Source: Amoebophrya sp. A120 (taxonomy: Eukaryota > Protista > Dinoflagellata). From it: DNA of 64,000 bases. A model generated the notes under the pieces. That model was not told the origin of the DNA. It saw only the letters and a program-made list of their open reading frames with translations, and ran no database searches. Below, in pieces: positions 10,844 to 23,300 of the stretch. The stretch's first letter is position 1, and every line of letters starts with the position of its first letter. The stretch is taken from positions 1 to 64,000 of the forward strand of contig CAJINV010000003.1 of the NCBI GenBank assembly GCA_905178155.1, given 5' to 3'. The position numbers and the translations under genes were made by a program.

Positions 10844-12184
10844 ATCAAAAAGAACCGGGCCGGGTGCATATATGTACTACAAAATGGTGGAAGAGCTGGA
10901 AGGGATCACCGCGCTCCATATCCTGGTCAAAAACCCCAGCCCGAGACATGTCATGGTGTAACTCTGCGCCGCCCGCGGATGCGGCTCCCGGTACAATTGC
11001 AGTTCGCGGCCTTGTCGTGCGTGCCCAAACTGACGAGGGGCTTCAGTCGGTTTTGCTTCGCGACCCAAGAAGCCACGCGCGCGGCAGCGCTATCGTCGCC
11101 GTTCTGCGTTGCCCCCGGGCCGCCCTTTGAGAGCTCTACTGGAGCAGGAAAGCTTGCTTGCGTCTGACATGGATTTAGTCGCGCTTTGGTGTGCTACTGT
11201 GTCCCTGGCACGGGCGCACCCGGCGCCTCGCACGAGGTCCTGATCCCTAATAGCTAGGAGGCTCTCGCGCTTCTTTTGTTGTTACGGGGATCACGATCGC
11301 GTAGTGGTTGCAGTTAGGCGTGCATTTGATGCGCGACTCCAAGATTCTGGCTTTCTCCTTCGCGAAAGTCGAGAAGCAACGCTTAGGCGGACGACCTGCA
11401 CAGAACTAGAACAGCAGTCGCCTCTTTACGCTTCTTCTTGGCGCGACCGCGGCGTCTATATCGAAGTTTTAGCTTAGGCCAACTGAAGCGATCGGCGAAC
11501 GGGGTGGCTTCGTCAAACAGGGGCGCACGTCTTGAGCAACGGGGGCACAATGACTTGCACTAGGACAACCGCTTGGAAGGACCAGCTGCGCAAGGAGGGA
11601 CGCAGGGGAAGGTCCGCGCCAGCCAGATGGGATGGTAGTGGTACACGACTTGCTGGACGGGGTAGCGCAGCAGTTTTTGCATTTTGGCTCAACTGTTTTT
11701 GAGTGTATGTATTTTTAGATTTATTCCTTCGTTGCAGAGTCACGAAGGTGTTGGCGCGTTTTGGAGTTTGGAATCTTTCTGAGGTCTTCACACGCTTACC
11801 GAGTCACACGTGTGGCATCATGGTAGTTGTCATGTCCGCACTATGCCTGGTGCTGGTTCACCATGTACCTGAGTACGCATAACGCTGGAACACCACGAGG
11901 AGTAGGCGTTACTCGGGATCGATCGTCACCGTAGTGCGTCCCAGGTATCCTCGGTGCATCCGGCGTTTCACAATTAAGTATTAGGATCTGATCAATGGCG
12001 ACACGTAGGCCGTAAAGGTCGCCCTAGTGGTTGGGGCGGATAGGGAAAGTTAGTCTGACTCACAAGATAGGTTCTGGATTATTGTGAGTAGCAAAATTGA
12101 GTACGATAAATTGGGTGGGTAAGTTTTTGAACAGGATAAAAGCAGCGGCCACGACCTGCGCACAAGATTTGCTGCACGCATGCG

Positions 12185-12449
12185 TATCAAATGTAAAAAT
12201 GTCTGAGTCTGGAAGCTTGGCAGGTTTGTCATGCATATTTTGGAAGACTCATGATGTCTGTGATGCATGCTCTAGCATGACAGATTTTTAAAGGCCTTTG
12301 CGATGCCTCTACCGCATGAGAAATGCCCTCTCCGGGTAGCACAAACTGGAGTTCTGACGCCGGTCATGCAATGCAAATTTTTTTATAGAATCCAGAGACA
12401 GCATCACAAGTTTAGAATCTTCTAGACCCAGACATTTTTACAATTGATA
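12185..12449. mobile_element. Introner family A
   Basis: TIRs present; flanks atgcg/ctgcg; host gene not resolved. Confidence 0.85.
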
Positions 12450-15400
12450 CTGCGGGGCACTAAACAACTCCTACGCCCGTGCCGTACAAGGCCAAGTCAC
12501 AGACCGCGTGACGCCATTTGGCAAAGTCTTCGCAAGAGCGCTGAGTATTGTTACTTTGTGCGCTCTTCTATTTTTCATCTTCTCGCGGTCGGGTAGTTAT
12601 GCTTTCATGCGCGCAACATAAACGAGCGGAGAAGGATGTCATGCGTGAAAAAAAAAAATTACTGCAGGAGTCGAGCTAAGGGCGGCCATTATGAGACTGC
12701 ACCGCCCCCCCTTCTCTTCAAAGTCACCGCCTCGGGCTGTGCACTTCGTCACGAAAAAATGGAAACCAAGTATGTAAAGCGCTGCGCTTTTGTTTCTCAA
12801 ATAGCGGAAGTATTAGATGTTTCGGGGTATGTTGATTGGCGCCACCTCATTGGGGATGGGCGCAGGAATGCGACTGAGCTAGCAATCCGCCCAAGCCCCC
12901 AAGTGCGCAGGGTGCTCCTCTTCATATTGAGGCAGGACCGCCCCCTACCGCGGTGTCTCGCTTCAAAAGTGAGGCCAGTTTGGGTCTATCCCTTGGGATT
13001 TATTGGGCGACGCTCTGCCTCGAGCATGTCGATCTCAACGATTCACCCATTTTGAGGCCAGAAAGAGCATGACTTGGATGAGGGCAAGCCCCGCTTGATA
13101 GCCCACTCTTTGTGCTCCAGGCTTCGCAGCATGGCCTCGATTTGCGCGTCCAAAAGTGCGGCTAGTTTGCGAAACTGATCGCATTTTTATCGCCCCCTGC
13201 AGGGGCTCCGTGTCGTGCAGTCTAGCGTCAAAAATTGCATTGACGTTTCTGCATCTCCGCCTCACCTCAGGTGGCAACGCCTCTTCCAAAGCGGCATCGT
13301 CCACTGCCTTCCTTTTTTTGGCCTCATTTCTGAAGTCGTTGACCCCATGCCTTCGACGAGGCCGCAAAACTTCAGTATTTGGCGAGCATTTCCTGAACAT
13401 CAATGGAACTGAACAGTCCACAGGCAGAATCAGACCGAGAAACTAAATGTCGTCTGCCTCTGCGTGATGTACGGGTAATCTTTTGTGGGGTGACGAAAGG
13501 AAGCAACGTTTTGCCCGTTGGTTGGTAAACATTGCCAGGGCCACCAGGTGGCTCGATGGAAACTGCATGTGAATGCGGCACAAAAAAAAACAGCGCGCAT
13601 CGACAGTATGTGCTAGGCAAAAGAAGCAGAATTTGACCACCGAAGGATGCGGAACGTGGTGCCTAACAGATACGGTAGTATTGCTCGAGGTGGTGACTTC
13701 GCGGGGGAGGCGGGTGGTGCAGTTCCATAGCAGTGACGCGGAGTCTATCCTGGGCAAAGACAAACCACCCCATAGTTGTCTTTTGCCGAAACATCTGTAA
13801 TGCGCATCCGCATAAGAGGGATTTGTATTCGGATTCTGGGACTTGTAATGCTTTCAACAGGATAGACAAGCATCTTTATGATGCGGCTGTTCATGCTAAC
13901 CAGGGCGGCGCTGCAGGTAGAAACTTGTCATGCACATCATCCAAAAGTTAAAGCAAAGGCTTCTTGTGTTGCAGATTTTGATTTACTATCGGGTGGGGAT
14001 CTTTTTGCTCAGGATATACCAAACACAAGAGGTGGTTCGGGAGGCGTTTGCTGTCGAAGTTGCTCAGGTCCACGGCCCACCTGTCTACAGAGATGTCCCA
14101 GCTGTCTCCAGAGGTGCAGGGCACTGCCTTACTTGTGGCGCTTTGGGTATCGGAAAAAAAGCCAGGGCCGCCCCATCTTCCTCCGTAAATAATTGCACCG
14201 CGCGCCGTGGTGGTGACAAAATAAACGAGCCGTCTTGCAGCTTTGCCTCTCGGGGCACAGGAGTCCGCTTGGCTTTCTAGCACACGAGCGGAGGGCCTCC
14301 GCTCGATGCCGTCCTAGACCGCCCCTGGGATTTCTGTGCCCAGCTGCCTGGGGCATTTCTCCGCCCACAGCGAGTTCTTTAGTTGCTCAACACAACGATA
14401 AAGCGCGACGGCTTCTTCGCCAGGTGAAGTTGTTGCGTCGCTTTTCACGTGCTTGCCTGCACAGTTTTGCTGAATCCGTCACGCGACAGGCTCGACCAGA
14501 CGAGTCTCTTTGCTCTTCGGACAGTGCAACTTACTCTATGGGATGCGCTTGCCCGTCTAGGATTTTGTTTTTGGCCTACTCGGCCGTTCTCGCTTTTGCT
14601 TCGGGGTCTGCTCGCTTTGCTGCGAGCGGGTGCGTGGTTTGTTTAGTGCTTCACGAACACGTCTGTTCGTTCCGGCGTCGCTTTGCGAAGGACGGCGGCA
14701 GCCCTTTGGGTTGTAGATTGTTTCACGTTGTTGTGAAAGACCTCATGGGAAGAAAGATCGACTTGCGGTCTTCGCTGGCATGGAATGTCGTTAAAGAGTA
14801 CCCTTGCAGTTGGAGTCACGATTTGCATCGACAATGCTGTTGCAGTGCTTGTACTTGTTTTAGGTCGTGCTATGTACATTATATATTTTCTCTTGACACT
14901 GTCTAGCTTAGCACCTCCTGCTCCGCTACAACAATTTAAAAATTTTGATAGTAATTGATGACCCCAACAGAGATGCGCGTTTTGTAATATTGTCTTTGGC
15001 GCTTCAGTTTCGTTTGCCAATTCCTGCTGCATACAACACATGAGTAGTGTCACAAAATATTGAGCAGAACAAGGGCTCCCTCTGTAAGCTTGAACGAACA
15101 GTCAAGGTCGCATGTTAGCTTCTTGTCCTAGAAGATGTGCCTTAGGCATTGCTCTCGCTGACGACTTCGCTTCAGCTCTACTGTTGGCTACCGCTGAAGA
15201 CTTCGCTTCAGCTCTCCCTTAAGTAGTCAGACCGTGCCTGTGACACGTATCGTCGTGTGGTCCCGTTGCTCATATCCTGTGTAGGTGCAATGAAGTCGAA
15301 GTGCACCCATCAAAACTTTTTGAGATACTGCCTTGAACCGTCTGACCCCGTCTAACGGTTCTGCGCCGTTCGTTTCGCGGCTTCGCTGAGTCTACACCAT

Positions 15401-15528
15401 TTTTCTTTGCTGTGCACATCGAAATCTAAGGTAACATCGCTATATTTCTTACTTGCCAGCAGTGCAATTATTTTCGGACGTGGTACTAGGGCGCGCCTTT
15501 CATGAGGATACTCCGAGATGCGAACGGA

Positions 15529-15810
15529 TATCATTAGCAAAAACCTCTCCGCCACAGAGTCAAGATAGCAAATCTGCTAGACAAATCAGCCAGCTTTGGG
15601 TGTTCTGCATGACAGGTTTGGTCTCGTAGTGTCATCCTCTTTAGCTATTTTAGCAGCATCAAAGATCTAGCATGTCATGCCGATTGGAGTATCGCAAATT
15701 CCAAAACGCAAGGAAATCACTCTTCTCGTGGGGCTCCGCCCGAGAAGTTTTGGAAGCATCATGCAGATTTGTAGGACAAATTTGGGGTGGGGACGTTTTT
15801 ACATAGGATA
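15529..15810. mobile_element. Introner family C, partly degenerate
   Basis: tatcattagcaaaaacctctccgcc ... ggggtggggacgtttttacataggata; interior similar to 33054 copy; flanks acgga/gcgaa. Confidence 0.8.
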
Positions 15811-16031
15811 GCGAAAGGCTTACCGTACTGTCAATACGAGGAGAGTATTAGTGCGGCGCAGAACGACGAGGGTAAGTATTGGTGCGTATAGTGTTCTTTG
15901 TTGGCATGCCATGCGATGGAACATGCGTCCACTGACGATTAGGACTAACTTTTATTAAAAATAGAACAACATCAAATCTACTCCCAGGTGCACAGGCTGA
16001 ACCACTACTGGGGATTGGCGTAATCCCTCCG

Positions 16032-16418
16032 ATGGAGGACGAGGAGGACTCGTTCCTGGCCCCGCAAGAACGTGAACCGTCGCTGTCATCCATCGAGGAT
16101 GACGACGACGATGATGACGACCACGACGTCAACAAGCCGAGCGACGAGCAGGAGGTGGAGAGCAGGGAGGAAAAAGCCAACCTCGAGGACGTGCAGGTGG
16201 AGTTAGACCTGCGGTTCCGTTGTGCGCAGGTGGTCATTCCGACTATGCCGCGACCGGTGTTCACGCCGCTGACCCGGGTGATGTTGCAGCGGACTCCGCT
16301 GACCATTCCGGTGCGCACTCTCCAGCTGCCACCGCTCCAGCCCATTCGGCTGGTTCCTGTGTCGCTGCTGATCCCAAAACGACAGGACAATCATACGAAT
16401 GGAAACACAGCCGTGTAA
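16032..16418 (+). CDS. Hypothetical acidic/Pro-rich terminal exon
   Basis: GC-rich codon-like ORF with poly-Asp; plausible acceptor ctcccag at ~15988; AT-rich sequence after stop. Confidence 0.4.
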   Translation: MEDEEDSFLAPQEREPSLSSIEDDDDDDDDHDVNKPSDEQEVESREEKANLEDVQVELDLRFRCAQVVIPTMPRPVFTPLTRVMLQRTPLTIPVRTLQLPPLQPIRLVPVSLLIPKRQDNHTNGNTAV

Positions 16419-17416
16419 AAAGTTTCTACAGAAAACTTCAATTTGATTTTACATTGCAACATAAAAAATTTCTACAAACATTTTTGGCACAAGATCGAGT
16501 TTTTTGAAGAAAATCAGTGACAGGAAGTCAAAGCAGCAGCCGCCGCTACTTTTTTTTTACCGCATTACATACAAATTCGATGTTCTCCGTCGTTCTTTAT
16601 GTGTGAGTATCAAGATCGGCCCACCTGTGCCTTGTTTATTGGGGTGTTAAAGTGAGAGGATATGTCTCCAGTAATTTTGCATTGCGATATGAAGTAAAAG
16701 CAACTATGTAGCCTGGTCTCCCTGCCGTTGCCACTGGATGCTTCATCCTGCTGAAGCTCCAGGCTATCGGGCCCGCCGTAAGTTGCCCAAGTTTGTGCAG
16801 TCTCACTGACGCCATTATTTGGCATTTCCGTTGCTTATTTACTTGTTATAGGGAACGGCGTAGCTCGATGCTGCAGAAACGAATTCAATGGGAGTGAAGT
16901 GTGCGTGTGAGCTGGGTGGTTGCGCTATGATCAAGTCATCATGGCACTGAGACTGGCCGTGTAGAAGTGCGGGACCGTAAGCTTGAGAGGTGGTATGGCT
17001 ATACAATTAGTAACCTTAAGATTTGAAAATTAGAAGTTACAACTGACTTTTGGCGCTGAATTGCTTTCTCCGAACCCCGATTACAGTGGGGGGAGGAGTT
17101 AGCAGGCAGTGTCATCCCGGGCGTCCGTTCCACCGCAGACGTGAATGTGAGGGACCGTGCAAATGAGGAATTGCACATTTGAGCAAGGACCTGGGGGTTG
17201 TATCTCCAACTGCAAACACGCAACCCAATGAGTTCAAATCCAGCGGGCGCATGCTAAACGAACACAAGAGGAAGAACGAAGTTTTGAGGACGACAAGAAA
17301 AGCAGAAGCCATAGCCATCCTTCTACGTCGTTATTGCGACTTTTATATGCCTTTTGTCAGCAATTTTTTTTAAAAAAAAAAAAAAAAAAAGTTGCAACTC
17401 ATACTCATTGGTCAAG

Positions 17417-19448
17417 ATGGCCTCGTCCCACTCGTCGTCGCAATCGCAAAAGCGCATCCCAGAGCAAGCGACGCAACGCAAGGACCAAGTGGCCAAGTAC
17501 GACCAGGATCTTTTCTGGGACATGGTCCACCTGAGTCTTCCGCTCCAAACTGTACTATGTTCAAATCATCATGTTGAGTAAGGACTTTTGTCGCGTGCGA
17601 GCTAAAAGCTCGCTTAGTTGCGTGGGATTTCATCAAGGTGCTCTTTCATTCCTCGTGTGAGATGTGTTTTCGTCGTCATGTTCGGGAGCAAAAACAAAAA
17701 AAAATATTACAGCTGCTGGAACAGTGGACCTGGATGTATGACGCCATGATTTTCCCGAAGCATCCTGAAGCACAGGCGTTCTTGTACGTCACGGAAGATG
17801 AGCAGAATTCCATGGAAGTACGCAATATTGTTTCCGCAGCACAAAAACTGTTACTGCTGTTCGTAGTTGGGTCTTTGGCTCCTTCTTTACTTATTTGCAT
17901 TAGACTTGTGACCAACTGATAGGCTGCATGAGGTCAGACTAGAGGCATTTAAAGAAAATGTTTCACACCACGAAAGGGGAGCCGTTCTGTGTGTTTACGT
18001 GCTGGGAAATCGTCGCATAAATGGATTGTTCAAAACTTCCACGTGCATATCGGCGCAACCAAGAAGTACAGCGCTTCAAAGATTCACACCTTGACCGACT
18101 ACGACATGGCGGTCTTGATTGAGATGCTGGACCCCGAGAAGAAGCAGAATACGATAGATACTGAAACGCGCACCCGATAGCATTCGGCTTTCGTAGGAAG
18201 AATTCGTTTTCCGTATGGAAGAATCAGACGAGGTCATGCAGATAGATCATTTTGATTATCATCGACATCAATGTGAACATGGTGAAATTTCCGTGCTGCA
18301 TTCATTGCTCTGGAAACAAACGAAGCGTCGGGCTGCGGACATTTTTCCTATCATACGCTAGTTGTTGCGAAGCAACCCGAATGTGCAGAAGCTCTTCACG
18401 GTACGAACGGGCAGCAGCTTAAGCTCGTGAAAATAAGATGCGTGGTGGTCGAGATATCGTTATTTTTCTTTTGCTAGAAGTAGAATATGTGGGTGTGCGG
18501 TTGGCTGTCATGCAGCGTACTGCAGTCGGCGTTGAGCTTGAAGCCACGCCATGCTCATGAATCAATATAGTAATGATAATTTTTGGAGGATGTACACCAT
18601 ACTTTTTCTCTTATAGTGTCCATAATCATAACAATAACAGACCTGCCTTGTCTGGCTTCAGTACCAGTTTGCGAATCCAGGATTCGCCTGCGTCGTCGAG
18701 ATGATGCGCGCGAAGCATCTTCGCTTCGTATCCAAAGACGCAAATGGAGAAGTGGTTCTTGGAGAAGGAGGAAAGCCACAGTTCAAAGAGCGAGATGGGC
18801 TCAAACACTTCTACCGCAAAGAGATCGCTTTGCTGCGGAGACGGCTCCTCTACAAAGCATACTGGTACAAGATATTGCTGCATGATTTTTTTGTTACACA
18901 AGCAGCACAAAGATACTCTACTGCCTTCGACTTCTCGATGATCTTCAGGAATTTGTTTTCGCTCCGCATGCAGTGTGATGACGAGGTTCCTGTTGAAATA
19001 TTCACGACACTACAGCAACTGCGTTACAAAGGGCGCGGCCCAGCCAGCTACCGACAGCGACGATAAGCATTCTGAATCCACCACCGCGTTTTTGACTCTA
19101 GTCTGATCATGCGCCATGCTTTCTCGATGAACTTACTCCGACGTGCATGTCACTTCCATTTCTTTCGCAGAGGTTTTGTATACTAACTTTACTAGACTTC
19201 GAAGCCAACGCATGTGTTTGCAATATGATTGTAGGCGAGGCCATAAACGCACATTTTTCCCTAGGAGTCTGGCCATGCTGTACGCAGGCATTGATCTGAA
19301 CCAGCTGAACAGTATGAAAAGTCGAGCCGGCGCCGAGGCCGTCAAAACCAGGAGTGGCGCGCCGGTCTCCATCGAGGAGTTTACCGGAGTCGTGCAGGCA
19401 GAAGAGCTCCCAGACGACGAAGAGCTAGCGTTCCTTGCGAACTTGTGA
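17417..19448 (+). CDS. Probable multi-exon hypothetical protein (structure unresolved)
   Basis: Chain of protein-like + strand ORF segments (17417, 17638, 17989, 18701, ~19265) separated by AT-rich intron-like gaps; no recognised domain. Confidence 0.35.
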
Positions 19449-20359
19449 AATTGCGCGATTAGCACAGAATGCATGCTATTGCTTCATAGCTTCGTTGCAT
19501 CTCTGGTGGTTGAAGTAAGACGAGAGAAGTGATTTTATCTGTAAATTCGATGATTTTTTCAGTCGTGTCCGAGTCATCTAAGAATTTTGCAAATGCTAGG
19601 CGACATTTGTTTGAAAGCATTGGTAAGTACTAAGACTATCAAAACCGATTGCAGACGCACATCTCCGACAGAAGCATGACGTGTACACAATAACAAAGAG
19701 GAAAACCATCTAGAATACATGATAGCTATGAAAAATAACTGTACACCTAACAACAACAAAAAAACGAGTTGTTTCTCATCTGTTTATTCCAATGCACACG
19801 AATGCAAATTCTCATCAGTTAAAGGGCTTGGAAAAGAGTACCAGCATGATAACTTTGGACTGGGTGAAGCATAGGCGATATTAGCGCAAGGGCTTCATCA
19901 AGTGAGCATGAGAGCCCTAGGTTCTTCGAGGTTCGGTTGCAGTGTCCAGCAGCGGGTGGACCACTGGGAAGCTTGTGGCCTGTCCGGTCGAATGCTATCG
20001 AGTTGCTGCGCTCGGTCCAGCACTGCTAGATCATACAGAATTGGACGAATGTGTCCGAAATTGATGCGCGAGAGAAATAGCACGCATTGAGACTAACTGA
20101 AATCGATCTTGCGGTCAAGGAGGCTTGACGGGATCACATCTCGCTAGCAAGCGGTTACTCCGTATGTATCATGGGTCGGCTCCTGTTGACATGCTTTCAA
20201 ATTGATTACTTACACCGCGCCTTTGGTCGAAAAATGACTGCATGTTAATTGGGTATCTGTGCGATTATTGTTGTACTTCTCCTAGTAAAAATAGTGCTCG
20301 CGCTTTTTCATTTATTTTGATTGCGTTTACATCTTCATCCTGAGCCTCACCAGTCCGAG

Positions 20360-23300
20360 ATGCGTTGGGTATTTCGTGCCCAGATTTTTATGCTTCTGCT
20401 GCCCTCCCTCGGGAGGGCCACTGGCTCTGCGGCAGGTCCCCGTGCGAGCAGCAGCCGGCATCTTCGGGAGTGGCTGCAAACCGTCGCAATTTCAATTCCG
20501 CCCGGGGGCCAACTTCCGGATGTGGGCGAGCTGACCGGGGGGCAGTGCGACTCCCTTTCGATCGACGACATAGCCCTGCGTCCCCGCGTCAGCCGAAATC
20601 GCACCATATTGGACTTCGACCTGGATGTTCGGACCGTGGATTTGAAGTGCACCCTGCACTTGCAACAAGCAGCGAGACGCCAGGCTGCGCGCGGATCCTC
20701 CGCAAAGATGGAGGTGAACAGCCCCGTCGCGTCGTCCGGCCTGGCGCTCCCGGAGGTTGTGGACCACGGCAACTTTGCCGCCCAATTCCAAATGCGGCTC
20801 ATCGCTTCCGGTGCAAGTGCGGCGATCGAGCTGCGTGTGCGGAACGCGGAACCCTTTCCCGGTGCCAGTAAGCTTCTTCCGGGATCCATCGACCTGCAGC
20901 GCTGCAGCATCAGCCCCAACGTCGCGCGGGTTGAGTTTTTCGGATCGCAGAACGCGACCTTGATTGACGAGCTGAACCGCAACCAGGCGCCCGTGTACCA
21001 AGCCCGTATCAACGAGATCGCGACCCCGCTGCTGTGCACGCAGCTGGGTGACCAGATGGCCACCGTTTCGACATTGTTCCAAACGAAGCTAGCGATGATT
21101 CTGTTTTCCCTCGCGGCAGACGACACCAGCATGCTGCCGCAGTTCGAAGAGCAAACTCCGGTTTACGCCGCAGTAGAGCGGGAAAAGCTGTACGATTTCG
21201 CCGATTTGTACTCAGCGCCGCTAGTTCCGTTGGTTCAACGTATGGATTGCAAATATGTCTGGGTCTGGAAGAGTAGAACTTGTAATGCTGTCTGCGGATT
21301 CTAATAAAAATATCTGTGTTGCACGAGCAGCAAGAGGAGTCAGTTCTTGGCACGCGGAGAGGGCATTTCTCATGCGTAATTAGCATCACGGAGCTCTCAA
21401 AAAAACTGTGATGCTAGCACCAGCATCAAAGACCGCACGGGCCATGCAAAATGTGCATGACAAGCCCGGACTCATCCAGACCCAGACATATTTGCAGTTG
21501 ATACAGCGGTGGTTGGAGCAACTCTTTGGCCGCGACGTCGACCAGGCGGACAGGGAGTTGCACAATCTGCTACCCGACGCCCGCACGCTCGCGATTCGCC
21601 CGACGACCGTGTTTGACGTTGCGTTGCCCGCGGTGGGTGGTACTAGTTCCGGCGGCCAGGAGCCGCGTCCGCCCACGGTTGTCCAGCTGCGGCCCAATTT
21701 GGTGGAGCTCGGACTCGGCACCCTCGCACAGGTGAGCTCCTCCTTCACGAACCAATCGCTGTCGGGCCTCGTCGGTATCAGCGACCTCACGATCAAAATG
21801 CGACTTGGCGCGCTGTTTTCGTCAGCTCTGGGCAATTCTCATGAAGAGGATCATCTTCTGTTTTCGGAGATGGTAAAAAACGGCACGCGACGTGTAGCAA
21901 CGACCGACATGTTGTCATCATCATCATCGCGGCCTACAGAGACTTCCTCCGGAAAAACGGAGAAACATGCTACTACTCCCAGTTCATCCACCGCGTCCAC
22001 CTCTCGACCGTTGTTGACTGCCGGGGCCCTGGATTTGCAGGACGTGCAATTCTCCATTGTTTTGAAGAATGTGGAGGTGGATGCGCGACTGGCGTTAGGT
22101 ATGTTCGCCAACCGCTTCGAAGGCCTGGACATGCTGCAGCGACAAGATCCGCATTGCCTCCTGCAGACGCTGTTGAACGAGACCGACCCGCAATCTGTGG
22201 TTCCTAGTACAACTTCGTGGAACAGAATGAGGAAGGCGAAGTCGGTTCTCGCACGGGCTCGCACGTCCGCGGTGGCCGAAATAACGCAGACGGAGGACTC
22301 GACGTGGAGCGTGGGCGCGGAGTTGTTGCGGCTGTTCGTGACACTGACTCCCACCGCGGTGCGGCTGGAGCAGCTGTCCAGCTGGGCGGAGGACCCGCTG
22401 GAGAACGCCTTGCGGGCAAGTTTGAACGACCTGCTGGCCGCAGTCTTGGAGGCCTACGACGCGGAGACCGTCGGGAAAATCGTCCGCGGCGCCGTGGCCA
22501 GTGCGGGCGTGGGGGCGGCCAACCGCGCGGCCGCGACCCTGATCCGCGCCAGCGCGCAGCACCCGTGTCGCGGTAAAGGCCGGGACGGTGTGGTGGTGGC
22601 GCCAATTGTGCCGACGGCGTTCGCCACCGGCGCTTTGATCTGCGGGTGCGCGGGCCTGCTGTTCCTGCTCAGCGCGTGCGGAAAATTTCTGCGCGGCCGC
22701 TACGGGCGGCGGTCGCTCCTCCCGCCGGACAACCTCGCGGAGAGCCTGGATTTCGCGCGAAAGAAATCCGGCATTTTGTTGGAGGCGGACAGCACCCAGC
22801 TGACGCCATCCTCGAGTCTCGCGACCCCGAGTGATGAAATCGGGAGCTTTGCGTCGACGACGGCGCGGGACACGACTTCCTTGAGCACCAGTCCGGTGTC
22901 TTCCTGCGACGAACATAGTACCCAACATTTAGTACGAGCGGCCACGACGGCGAAGCGCCATCTTGGTGCCCGGTCGGTAGACGAAGAAACAGATCGATCG
23001 TACACGACCGAGTCCACGACAACCACGCCCGCGGTGTCTCCCGCCGAAGAAGCAGACGGATATAATCATCTCCCACAAACCGTTGTAGGAGGTTTGGCCA
23101 TTGTTCCGATGGTGCAAGACGAAGAAGCTCCGTCCAACATGCGAAGAACTGCGGGTCGTAGTACCACGAGTAAAATAAATACCCAGGATGTGCCGGAACA
23201 AGGAGCCTGCGCTCGACGCCAGCCCCTGTTGCTGGTAGAAGAACCCGGTGGAGCAACAAACAGCGTCGAAACCGCGCCGGGCGAGCTTTCGCCGACCGAT

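Noticed and set aside
12636-15053. Minus-strand gene from ORFs 13035-13421, 13948-14283, 14643-15053
   Set aside because: Fragments are short, no consistent splice model or motif found; left uncalled.
9000-20300. Autonomous transposase for the introners
   Set aside because: No recognisable DDE, tyrosine-recombinase or HUH motif in the short ORFs, and no long TIR-bounded ORF seen; a divergent multi-exon enzyme cannot be excluded by eye.
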